The position numbers were made by a program, and so were the translations under genes. A stretch of DNA of 63,466 bases, filler included, from Bigelowiella natans CCMP2755 (Eukaryota; Protista; Cercozoa), in the NCBI GenBank assembly GCA_000320545.1. It is 9 parts of 9 records of this genome, joined end to end, with 100 filler letters (N's around TTAATTAATTAA, not from the genome) between each part and the next. Parts side by side here need not be neighbours in the genome. Positions count along the whole stretch, not along the records: positions 1 to 20,259 come from ADNK01003126.1; 8 more parts are not named here. One strand, given 5' to 3'. This document shows positions 1 to 11,627 of this stretch, one piece after another; the stretch's first letter is position 1; the number at the start of each line of letters is the position of its first letter. The notes below the pieces were generated by a model. It made no database searches, was not told the origin of the DNA, and was given only the letters and a program-made list of their open reading frames with translations.

Positions 1-523
1 TCACCGACTACTCCCCCCCCCCCCTTTCCTATATACATGTATGTCACCATAAAAAGGCCTTCCCCAAATAGCAACTGGAACACCGGGATTATGAACCTTC
101 GCGTGCTCTCTCTCAGCGTGATTTTCGGGTGCAACACCTATCAGCAGCAGCGGTCATCATCACACATAGGCGGAAATAAGAACAGCTTGTATTATTGTGT
201 GCGTGCGTGTGCGCGCGCAAAATCGTCTGTCATGTGTATAACGTAAGAAGATTTTATGTCAGTATATGTACAGTAACGAAAAAACATTTATTTCATAAAC
301 GTGCGGGGAGTTGTCACAACACTCCCTGCACACACCACCTTCTCGATGTCTTTCGGATCGAGGCAGTACAGTAACGGCATCCAGAGCAGGTAAATTATCA
401 CCTTCCTGCGGACCACATCATGATGATGGAATCCTCCTCGCATGCATGATCAGGGTGATATGTGCGTTTGCAAGTAGTACGTACGCGTTTCGAGACCAGT
501 TCAGACAATCAATTGTGACAAAA

Positions 524-565
<42 letters not shown>

Positions 566-901
566 TACACAAATGGAGTTAAAGGCCACCCGTCGTTTCT
601 CTTTGCAACTTCTAAAATCTTCTGTCGCGCCTCCTCTGGGTTGGCCTTTCGTTATAACACGTGCGTGAAGTGAATAATACTCGCTAATTTCATCCCATAG
701 AAATGGCACAAAAGAGTCAGTCAGAAGAGCATTTGCCTCAGTAATGCCGCAGGATATTTCTTGCCTCTGATGCAACTAGGGAATGAACATCCGCGCAAGA
801 GAGCAGATCATGAGTGCATTTAACATGAAAGAAACTCGCTAGCAACCCCAGGGATGATGTATTACTTAGCTTTATTGTGTTTTTGTTACGAAGAAGCTCA
901 C

Positions 902-1155
902 CATCATCCATTTAGCATGGCCAGAAGGGAACGAAATTGGCCGGAGAGACTCGATCTTTCGCCCATCTTAATTTGTCACAACTACTTGTTATTTGAATGA
1001 TTGCGCTTACAATGAGAAGCTTCAGCACCTGGGAGGTAATTACGGTTGACCATTGCGTCCAGAAATGGTCCCCAAATCGAGTTCGGGAATGTGAAGAACA
1101 GGCACAGAAGGAGGGCAAGGGTCGCCGCCACAGTGGCTAACATGAGAGGCACCAT
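902..1155 (-). CDS. First two exons of a putative secreted or membrane protein gene (continues toward the window start; product unknown)
   Basis: ATG at 1155 gives MVPLMLATVAATLALLLCLFFTFPNSIWGPFLDAMV, a hydrophobic leader. Donor GTAAG at 1010, a 44-nt intron, then phase-compatible exon 966-902 (YGRKIESLRPISFPSGHAKWMM) ending at donor GTGAG. No family motif recognised. Confidence 0.4.
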
Positions 1156-1542
1156 TGTACTCAGTGTTGGGAGCGAGGCACGTGGAAAGGAAAAACTATC
1201 CCAAATGCACGGGATTTTACTGTAGCGACAAGCAAAATATCTCCTTTCGAAACGGATTTTGAGGCGGTTCTTGGTATTTGCTCCCCGCTTTTCACGTGGA
1301 AATTCATCGAAGTTCCGAATTATGCAACGTTTCGCATGGGATTTTTAAGTTGGGATAAATTCTACGGGGATCAAATGGGAATAATTGTCTGCGACAAGTA
1401 ATTATGAGAAGATACTGCAGCGAATCCCCTTTATCCTCCTCCTCCTCATCAGTTCCCGAGAGGCTTTCTGCTGTGACTTGTGGGAGGAGCAGACGCTAGG
1501 CGGAAGAGGACACGATCATCATTTGCAGCGTATCTACCAGCG

Positions 1543-2406
1543 ATGTCGTCGTCTGCAGATGTTCAGTCTATAATCATCGCATTGTCGGTGGTCGCGACGA
1601 GCACGTATTTCATATACAGATACTACAACGGGGAGATTGATGGGGTGATGAGTTTATAGTTTGCTCCCCCCATGACGCAACACGTGGAATGTTGATATGA
1701 TAACTTAGCTAAAAATCTTCAATGCAGGGCAATGAAGCCTCATGGCCATTCAAGAAGCTGAAACAGAATGGATGCTTCAACTACACATGGGTATGGTAGT
1801 TGTCAAGGGGGGAGAGAGAGAGAGAGACTGGGAGATGAAGATGGTAGCTGCCAAGGCAAAGGCGGCGATCACTACAATGATGACTACGATAATGATGACA
1901 ATGACCACGATAAAAGTGTGGGGGGGAGATGACGACGACGAAGACGATGGTGTTGGATGGTTTATGTCTCCTACGCACTCAACGCAACATCATATCCATA
2001 GAGCCTTCTCCCAGCTAAGTTTACGTATTCTTATTTCATTCAGGCTGCAAAGTCAGTCTAGAGCCTTCTCCCGGCTAAGTTTACGTATTCTTATTTCATT
2101 CAGGCTGCAAGGTCGACCGCTGTGTTCGAGGAGCGCAAGAGCGATTCCTGCAGGCTGGCAGGAACGAGCGATCTGTTAGTGGCAACGCCTGGTGCTCCAA
2201 CACCAGAGGTGTGGAAGAAGATAATATTAACAACTGCTCACTCGGCCAAATCGGATGATGAGACCGAGGGAAGGCCAACCAAGATGTTTCAGGTCCTACT
2301 TTAGACGCAAATGGCGCGTTAGGCAATTTGATCAGCGTGAAAGGGAAAATAACACTGTGTCTCTCGAAAGGACAAGAAACACCCCGCTACTGCACATTCA
2401 TATCTC

Positions 2407-2443
<37 letters not shown>

Positions 2444-2445
2444 AT

Positions 2446-2488
<43 letters not shown>

Positions 2489-2817
2489 CGACCACAGCTA
2501 TACAGAAGCTAACCCTGTTGTTGCCGATGGCCAATGCAGCTGAGCACCGTGTATGCTTTGGTTGCGTACTAGCATCACATTTCAATGAAATGATGATGAC
2601 GTTGCTGCTGCGAACTCATCAGCGACAACTCACTTAGCACCAGCATCCGTCACATTTGTACTATGCCTAACGATACTCCTCCTTTACCACCCTCTTCTTC
2701 TTATTATTATTATTCCTCTTGTTCTTATTCTTCTTTTTGTGCTACAAGACCCTTGAGGCTTGGTTGCGGCTCGAAATAAAGACAGCGGGCGGCGACCCCA
2801 CAGCGGTTCCTTGCTGA
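1543..2817 (+). CDS. Five-exon gene for a small protein with an N-terminal TM segment, function unknown
   Basis: Exons 1543-1644, 1728-1790, 2062-2292, 2506-2550 and 2749-2817. All are multiples of 3 with GT/AG borders and join without stops: MSSSADVQSIIIALSVVATSTYFIYRYY...TLEAWLRLEIKTAGGDPTAVPC*. Confidence 0.5.
1999..2110 (+). repeat. Tandem duplication (period 60 nt) of a 3' splice site plus exon start
   Basis: TAGAGCCTTCTCCC(A/G)GCTAAG...GGCTGCAA occurs at 1999-2050 and 2059-2110 with one mismatch. Confidence 0.9.
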
Positions 2818-2828
2818 ATAGATGAACG

Positions 2829-2862
<34 letters not shown>

Positions 2863-3492
2863 ACATACACACATACACGCACACGCACCCACTATTCCGA
2901 CAACGACAACGAGGAGAACCTTCACCGCCTATTCATTTAATTGGCACACCCTCTCTTATCCTTGATTCTATCGACGAACAGGCGCTTTCAAAGCATGTCG
3001 CGGAGTTTCTCTCCGTAACCCCTGCTATCAGTTTTGTTCTTGCGCACGGAATCCCACCTCAAATCCTACAGGCAAAGTAGGCCTCGACCGTCCTCAAACA
3101 CGACGGCGGCGGAGAGCGTTTTTTCGCAGGGGGGGGGGCGGGGCGGGGCGGCGGCGTGGGGTAGATAGAAATATGGCGAGGAAACCCACTAATACTGCTA
3201 CTGGCGACCAAACTTTCTGTGTGCTGATTGATGCTGCTGCCTCAGATACATCCTCGTAGTTGGAAAGTCAGGCGACGTTAGAGTGCTTTGGTACGGTTTT
3301 ATCACCGACAAAGTGATGCCGGGGGCAGTGGCAGGTGCTGGTGTTGCTGTTCATGAAGAGGATGCTGCTGCTGATGATGATGATGAGGAGGAGGAGGAGG
3401 AGGGGGAAACATAGTAGTAGTAGTAGTAGTAGTAGTAGTTGTAGTGCGTAAGGAGAGAATCTCAGTAACTACCATGGAGATAACCTATTTGC

Positions 3493-3532
<40 letters not shown>

Positions 3533-3634
3533 GGACATTGCTACGATGATGTTACTACACACGCATGATTCACACAAACACCACCAAATGCGTATTTCTA
3601 GTTATTGCACACGTAAATATATACATATGTATAA

Positions 3635-3670
<36 letters not shown>

Positions 3671-4211
3671 TAATTATGGAGGCCGCGGTCTTCAGTATCG
3701 TCGTTTTCCTCCCCCCCCCCCTCCTCCTCCTTTCCACCATTTCCCACTCACGCAATTGATGAAAACCGTCGGGGTAGTCGTGACTTTGGTCTCTTCCGGG
3801 TTCCTTGCAATGTGACGTTCTTCTGCGCGCCAAAACGTGCAAAGGCCCCTTTTTGCTCAGGCTACTATCTCCGAATCTCAACTCAAATCCTTTGAGAGGA
3901 GAAAAGGAGCGCAAAGGGGGTGGAGGCGGGGGCGGTGGTGAGTCCCCCCCCGCGACGATAACGTATTCTGTGCAACGCTCGACGGAGACGAAGATGAGCG
4001 CGGTCCTGGCGGAAGCTGCGGATGCCATTCGAGCTTCGATTGACACCGTATTATGAAGAGACAAGCGTTGTGTCGTCAATTGCCTTTAGAAGCTCTTGTA
4101 GAGGATCATGCATATATATATTACCATACACATAGCTTCACGACTGCAGCAATAGATCTTGTGGGGCTGGGTTTTGGGTCCTGGGAAAGAAGAGGGAGAA
4201 GATCAATGATG

Positions 4212-4259
<48 letters not shown>

Positions 4260-4520
4260 AGCAGCGTCATCCGTGCCGGTATTGTGAAACACAAGCACCA
4301 CTCTACTTCTGTTTTGGGCGTTATTATTCTTGCATACTATTGCAGGGTAATTGGACGTTCTAACCCTGCTGCATCTCGCTGCTACTCTGGAGGCTGAAAG
4401 TCGGTTTTGACCTTATAATTCGACCCACCCGTGACTTACACACACATGCATCCATACATTTCAAAAAATACAAATGTAATGTTGGCATTGAATACGTGTA
4501 CCTGTGTGCGTGTATATGTA

Positions 4521-4589
<69 letters not shown>

Positions 4590-5422
4590 TAGATATTTGT
4601 GCTGAATTAGTTGTGTGCTGTGCACGCAAATGCTATCTCAGATCATCCCAGACGTCTACGTTGATATAGCGGCTATCAGCGCATTTCGGTGTGCTTAGTT
4701 TCGGATGTAATGGCGTTAACGCTACGTGACTTCAGTCATTTTGCATAGATATGACTTATCTATGGGAAGCTGGGATTATTTCGATCGAGCCAATGTGGCA
4801 AGCACCAGGAAATTGTGTGTATTGCACATTAGTTCATGTGCAGCAGCAATGATGGCTGCTGCTCTGAATCGTTATTCGTGTAGAATGGAATTTTCGACTC
4901 TTGTTCGCTAGATGGAGCGATACGATATGACGATGTTGCACAAGCGTATGTTACAGCAGCACGTAATAAAAACCTGTAGTGCAGTGCGTGACGATGCGAT
5001 GTTGTACATTTCATGATATTCGCGGCTATGTACGTGCGTGGCTCTAGCACGAGCCAACGAATTTGTTTAGCCAAAGGATGGTCTTGCTGCTATTGCACGA
5101 AATGCGAGTCGCACGCACGACTGGGACATATCTAGACATGGTTCAATGCTTTGTAGGCAGCTGTAGCTATTCATGGCGTCGCGCTAGCAAGAGTGCGCAG
5201 GCAGACACCTGCATGGTGGCAACAAAGGAAAAACGTGTAGTGACAGATGAAGTGCGTAGACAGCAGTTATTAATTCATTGTTACATTTGTTTTGCATGCT
5301 GCACGCCATTTTTTGTAATATCTCATTTTTCGCTCATTATTCTTTGTTTTCTCATTGTTTTAAAAGTCAAGCTTGTGCAGCCTCGGCAGGGCATCCTCAT
5401 TTTCGGGAAGTAGCGGGAGTAG

Positions 5423-6172
5423 TTAAGCTGGGCTCCGTGAAAGAGGGCTTGGGGATGAAATTGGAGAAATGGGCATGAATTTCGGAGAGATTGGAATGTA
5501 AGAAGGACTGGTAGCGTAGCATGGGGAGGTTGGAATGTAGCGCGACTTATTTGAGCATTGGGGTGAGTGTGGGCTTGTCGCAGCATATTGTTTGGTTGGC
5601 TTGATAGATGGTTGAAACTCTGGTTGAATTATGTCTCCGATCTTGCGTTGAGCTGTGAATTCAGGTGAAGTGGGAACGAATTGAGGAGAAGTGGGAACAT
5701 AGGTGGGGCTATTTACATGGTTCGGAGAAGTCATGTAGTAGCTTGGGGATGTCGGAATGAAGGGGGATTTCGAGTACTTGGGCGAGGACAGAGTTGTTGT
5801 AGATGGTGATTCTTGCTTCACTGTCTCCTCATCAGAGATTCCATGGGTTGGAGAGAAGGCAGCCCTAGTCACCGAATAGGAGGGGCTCCGTAAATCAAAG
5901 CCAGGAATAGAGACTGGGAGATACTTTGATGTCTCCATACTTTTCAGTGAGGTGTGATCCCTTGTGCTTTTGTGTTTTTCCTCAACGTGATGGAAGCTCG
6001 CATTTTTCCTCTCAGCATTGGGGGTGGTTAATTTTGCTGCCCTGTACACCTTCTGCCCCCCGGCGCAGGTCTCACATCGAACAACCGTCGTGCTGTCCTT
6101 GTTAAGAATGCTGCATAGCAGGCAGTCCGTATAGATCTCGTTCTTTGTCTTTTCGTCTGTGATGGAATACAT
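5423..6172 (-). CDS. Protein with a RanBP2/NZF-like C4 zinc finger and degenerate RNA Pol II CTD-like heptads (possibly the last exon of a longer gene)
   Basis: 249-aa uninterrupted ORF. CLLCSILNKDSTTVVRCETC fits C-x2-C-x3-N-x8-C-x2-C. Repeats include FIPTSPS, YYMTSPN, YVPTSPQ, FVPTSPE, YAATSPH, YIPTSPC, YATSPS, YIPISPK and FMPISPI. No RPB1 core motifs nearby. Confidence 0.7.
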   Translation of the reverse strand: MYSITDEKTKNEIYTDCLLCSILNKDSTTVVRCETCAGGQKVYRAAKLTTPNAERKNASFHHVEEKHKSTRDHTSLKSMETSKYLPVSIPGFDLRSPSYSVTRAAFSPTHGISDEETVKQESPSTTTLSSPKYSKSPFIPTSPSYYMTSPNHVNSPTYVPTSPQFVPTSPEFTAQRKIGDIIQPEFQPSIKPTKQYAATSPHSPQCSNKSRYIPTSPCYATSPSYIPISPKFMPISPISSPSPLSRSPA

Positions 6173-7151
6173 TTTACGTTGCTGTTTGTCGTCTGTTTGA
6201 GTTGTGGCGCTCCCACATTCGTGTCAGACAATGCGGATCGGCCCAGATGAGGCAGACTTCAGATCCTTCTCAGTCGAGCGCGAGCCGATAACCCAGAAGT
6301 CGAGATCTAAAGGTATGTATCATGTCGCATGTGAAAATTATAAGGCGTTCTGGATTGATCATTTTCTTAGAAAATTCCCTCAGCAGCCATAAAGCATCAA
6401 TGACCTACACAAAACCACCTTGCGACTTGGATGAAAACGGAAATTCTTCGCAAAAACCCAGGTCAGAATGGAAATCTCTCGAGAATCCTAGGAGATGACC
6501 AGAGATTTTGCTCTCGCACTGAATTTGGGGAGATCTATTGAGCGCTCATCATCAGCCTGCATTACAGGACTAAGGAAGTACCAACGATTCGGCAAATAAT
6601 GTTAGAATATCCCGGCAATTCATTGTCTCCATGGCTCAAATCAGTCCCATTTTTAGATTACGGGGAGGCGTTTAAAATTTTCCTGGAAACCCTTCCAGCA
6701 TTTACTACGACCCTTTATTATTATCAAGACATCTGAGATCCTTTTTTTTGTTTTCAGTCTGGTTTTCCCCGTCATTTTCGCCTGGATTTCCACGTGAATT
6801 CGCCTCGAAAATGCCATATTTCTGCAAAATAGGGTCGTAGCATCTACAATCCAGAATTCAGCACTCAGCAAACGATGCAGCTCCTGCGCCTCGCCCCCCC
6901 TCTCCTCTTGCTGCTTTGCTCTCAACATGCGCAAGGTGAAAAATCTGTAGAGAATAGAGAGGTGCCTTTGGCCTGCTTGATGTAGAATGCTAGTGGACAT
7001 ATCCGTCACCGTAGACTTTGATTTCGATATGAGCTCTTTGCTCGTCTTTCAACCTGTTACTGTTCAAAGTACGATGGGAACAACGAAAGCTAAAGGGTGC
7101 TTACTTTTGCAGGTGTCTGGTCAGAGTCAAATCTCGATGTGAAGACTCTCG

Positions 7152-7483
7152 ATGTGGACAGCGCTGGCGAACCTTCGAAACTGCTTGTTTACCTTCCCCA
7201 AGCTCACAACCGCGGCATGTAAATTCATTTAAATAACCTCGGGGTGTGAGTGAGAGAGAAGAAGGGTAGGAAGAGATGGAGAATAGCGCATATTATATAC
7301 ATAAATATATATACATGTATATTGCATAGATTTTCCGTATTCGCCCACACCCTCACGTACTTTCGCGATAATGGCGACCGCAATCTTCCTATCATGGTGG
7401 ACTGGAGCAACTTTCCCAACTACGCATACGGGGTTGACAAAGGCCGAAATCTGTGGGATGATTTCTTTGAGCAGCCATATAAG

Positions 7484-7514
<31 letters not shown>

Positions 7515-8409
7515 CTGCTGAGCGGAGTACGAAAAACAATGCTTGTATTGTGATTTTTTTAAAGAGAAAAGGAAGAGTAAAATTGACGCTCGCCTGAGCG
7601 ATTCGGCTTTCCAAGGAAAGATCGTGATATATTAAGGAATTGGAGAATTCAATCCTCAGTGCTAGGATAATTCTGCCTGTCAAGCAAATGAATGATGCAC
7701 ATGAAAGACCTCTTACCCCAACCCTGCAAAAACACTGACTCGTGTGTAACCACCAAACCGCGTGTAGGTGCAAGGATTCAACCTGACCGGGAGCGAAGAA
7801 AGGGAGATATACTCATACATGCCCCTTGATCTGACGGAAGGATACGGTACGCGTAACGGTTTTGGCCTCACAGACGAAAAGCTTGCACTCGGTCGCTCGC
7901 TTGTTCGCCGTTTTGTCCGATTCAAGCCTGAGATCATCGAGGAGGCCGAGCACTTCCGTAAGCACAACCTCGCACAATTCAAGAAACCCCTCGCAGTGCA
8001 CATTCGTCAGACCGATAAAATCAGCCAAGCAAAGTCGAATTTCGAGCCGAAGGTGGAGTTTCGCCGCAAACTAGAGGCGATTATGAAGGAGCGCGGCTAC
8101 GATGGCTTTTTCCTCGCTTCGGATAGCCCTGAAATCAAGCGGTACCTGAAGAGCATGTTCGGCGACAGGTGCGTAGAATATCACTCGACTTTATCTCATT
8201 TAAACGAGGACGGCAACTACGGGGCTGTGCATAAGGACCATAGTATCCGAGGGTTCAAAAAGGCAAAGGACGTGATAATGGAGGTGCTCTTGATGGGCTC
8301 GTGCGATGCAATGATCTCAACGTACTCGTGCGTCGCGAACGGCGTGAGATGGACGGGGTCTGAAAGCCTCGCTGCAGACCACCACTATTTTCAAGATATG
8401 AGCTTCTAG
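7152..8409 (+). CDS. NodZ/FUT8-like (GT23-type) fucosyltransferase, 3 exons
   Basis: Exons start at 7152, 7330-7483 and 7768-8409, and are phase-compatible. Motifs: RGIFSVF, VDW..., NLWDDFFEQP, LAVHIRQTDK (cf. GVHIRRTDK), FFLASDSPE, EVLLMGSCDAMISTYSCV. Confidence 0.8.
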
Positions 8410-8471
8410 TACGCTTACGTACCCAGCTGCTTTACGCAGGAATATAATAAGGATTTTTTTAAATGATAACG

Positions 8472-8522
<51 letters not shown>

Positions 8523-9132
8523 TTAAATATAAAATTAAGTCATAAGATGATAGCATATATAATTTAAAGCAAGAGTGATACACAAGGGGTATATGCAATC
8601 AATTGTCAGTGATTTCCTTTCCACTCATTAGCTAGTAGCCCGTCTATGATCGATATAACTCTGTGCCGTGCATCTTACAGACAATTGCTGCGGAAAGCAG
8701 CAACATGCTATGATGCTTCTTTTGAATCTAACATCTTGATCAAGGCGTCGTTAACAATTAAACAATACTCATGGCTGCCGCATGGCATCTGTGACAACCT
8801 TAGTAGAAATTGCGTGTAGCTGATGAGCCCCATCCCAACAATAGCGCGTCGCATCGGGTGCAAGCATGCTATATGTATGCACAATAGTGTGTGTCGAGCG
8901 AAGCTTTACAATGTCATTTAATGATACATGATTTCATCATGGTATGATTTCTACCGATGACTATTACTGAGCTGTTTCTAAGGCTAAGGCCTTCGCTCAT
9001 ATGCATCGAAGCTAGCAGCCCTATTTACAAGATGAGCATGGAGGGTGGTGGGATATGCATTAGCAGTGTGATTCCCGGGCGATTTTGTCGCAGCAACAGC
9101 ATTATTAGGTCTGAAGAAGAGAGATTCTCTCG

Positions 9133-9720
9133 TTAATTCGAAATTATGTCTCGGATCATAGCCCCGCTGAATAAGGTCTCGAGGAGAATTCCGATGATGA
9201 CCAGAAACGTTATAGAAGAGCTTATCACCATCGATGTCATCCCGTTTGCTCGCACCATGGCAATGATTACAAACCTGCGAACACACACGCAAAGGCACAC
9301 ATACACAAGGCCAAGGCAAGACGATGAGAAGATGAGCAAAAAGAAGGAGGAGGAGATGGAGAAGAAGGAAAAGGCCGAAAGTCGTCAGATAACCAAACAG
9401 GATATGGGGGAGAGACGTGCGTGTGATGGCAGAGCCATGCGTTGCTTCAATATACTACGTGCGTGCACTTGATTGATTGTACTTATTACATTTGAATATA
9501 TCCTTGGAAGAGCATATAGTTATAGATGTTATGGTAGTTGTTGGCCATAAACATCGTCAGCACCTGTGGTGGTGTTGATATTAGCATTAAATGGAGGGGG
9601 TAGGGGGGGGGACGAGAAGGAAGGACAGTTGCATTGAAAGTCCTGCGAGTCGTTGGTAGAAGAGACTATGGGCAATGGAACTCATCGAATCAATGGTGCT
9701 GTATGTGAAAGTGAGATGTA

Positions 9721-9754
<34 letters not shown>

Positions 9755-10204
9755 ACCTTATTTGGGCTCTTGCTGTGCTTGATGTAGTGCCCGTACATGG
9801 CCATGTATACCAGCATGAGCAAGTTGTTGAAGAGTCCCAAAGCCATCACCCACCATGGGAGGTACACCCTCACCATGTGAAGCAATGCCAGCTGGGTGAT
9901 GTGGTCAGCGACGTGATCGAGAATGTCTCCGAGCTGTGTGCACTGGTTAAGGGCGCGCGCCAGCGGGCCATCAATGATATCCAGCGCGTAGGAGATGCCG
10001 ACGTATCTAGAGGCGTCCGAAGAACACATACAAACAAACACACACACACGTGCGCGCGCGCGCGCGCAAAATGATCTCGAAGTCAGCAAAACAGTTCTTC
10101 CAGCCTAATGAAAAGAGTGATTTGTTGGAAGTCTTTATTGTCCTGCTGCATCCCAGCTGCTGCTAGGATCGGTGATCGTCGGAGTAGGATGATAATGTTG
10201 CTCT

Positions 10205-10250
<46 letters not shown>

Positions 10251-10391
10251 CCCCCCCCCCCCCCTCCTTCCCTCTCCCTCTCCACCTTTCGTCCGACCAT
10301 AGGACACCGGCAACCAAAAGCGGGTATCTGACATGATCAAAGTACGGTTCTCAGCAAGAAATATACAACTACAACACAACAGCAGCAGCAG

Positions 10392-10422
<31 letters not shown>

Positions 10423-11015
10423 CTCTACCACTACCACTACTACTAATGCTGCTGTCAATATTACTACCTAGCCGCAGTTACGAGATTCGCCCAAGTCCAA
10501 ACCTCCTTGCAGAACTGAACTGCCAGTCTATCCTTCGGTTTCTTCTTCTCCTCCTTCGCGCTGGGGAGCGTCGTCGTCGTCGTCGTTGTTCCGCTACCCT
10601 TCTTCTCTTCTTCATCGCCCAACCATTGGATCACCTAGTAACGGAGGAGGAGGAGGAGGAGGAGGAGGAGGAGGAGGAGCGACGTTGAGTGTTCGTCAAC
10701 TGCATAACTCACTGGCAATATCTATTTTGTGTGGGTTGGTTGCTTTTGCTTTGTCCTCCCCCCCCCCCCCCTTCACACTGGGCGGGCCTACCTTCCCAGC
10801 GAAAGGAGATCGTGCACTTCGGTACTTATCCATGCGGTCGCTCAAGCCTACGTGGAAGAGGCCGAGGCATCGTTCGTCGGTCAGCCCGAGGTAGTTCTTG
10901 ACCCTTTCTACAGCCAGGGACTTATCAACACCACCGCTGCTCCAGTACCCAGCCTTTTGTTTGCACGCACGCAGCAGCACACGCACAGCAGCATAGGAAA
11001 GAAAGAAAGAGAGAG

Positions 11016-11048
<33 letters not shown>

Positions 11049-11514
11049 AAAGACTGTCATACCTCGGATGAATGTAACAATGAGACGCACACCATCGAAT
11101 GAACATCATGAGCAGGAGAGGAAGGGGGGCGTGGGGGGATGAATAGATGAGTACCACTCCGCTCGCATGGGCTACGAGGTGCATATTCTGCACAGCACAC
11201 GCAACAGCGCTGATATCCTCCCACTCCGGCATGAGCTTGCCCTTCGAGCTTGGGACCTAAGGAAGGAAGGAAGGAAGGAAGGTACACAACAGAAAAGCAT
11301 TGTAAGAAATTACCCTTGGGACTCGCGAGGAGGTAATTAGCTAATCATTATCATCATTCTCGTCTTTCTACCGACCCTCTTGAGGCAGATTGCAATCAAG
11401 TGCGAGACGTTTGCCTTCGCCTTTTTCTTCCTGGCGATCTTCTTCACTAGCCGCTCATAGTCGTCACTCCCTTTTTGCACCTATGCAGCGGCATTGCGGT
11501 ATCAATAATACACA

Positions 11515-11583
<69 letters not shown>

Positions 11584-11585
11584 AA

Positions 11586-11627
<42 letters not shown>

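Noticed and set aside
990-1400. Long plus-strand frame with one in-frame TAA (HSG*HERHHCTQCW), suggesting stop-codon reassignment
   Set aside because: It is the antisense of a better minus-strand exon. Conserved genes (NDUFA2, CCA, JMJD8) use CAA/CAG for Gln, contain no in-frame TAA/TAG, and TAG/TAA end conserved-length proteins.
2890-4450. Scattered exon-like segments on both strands
   Set aside because: I could not build a phase-consistent model or recognise a motif. A gene is probably present but cannot be supported.
10696-11232. ORF with Cys/His residues initially read as a DHHC palmitoyltransferase
   Set aside because: No DHHC motif. The exons match the nitroreductase AVACAVQNMHL and YWSS motifs.
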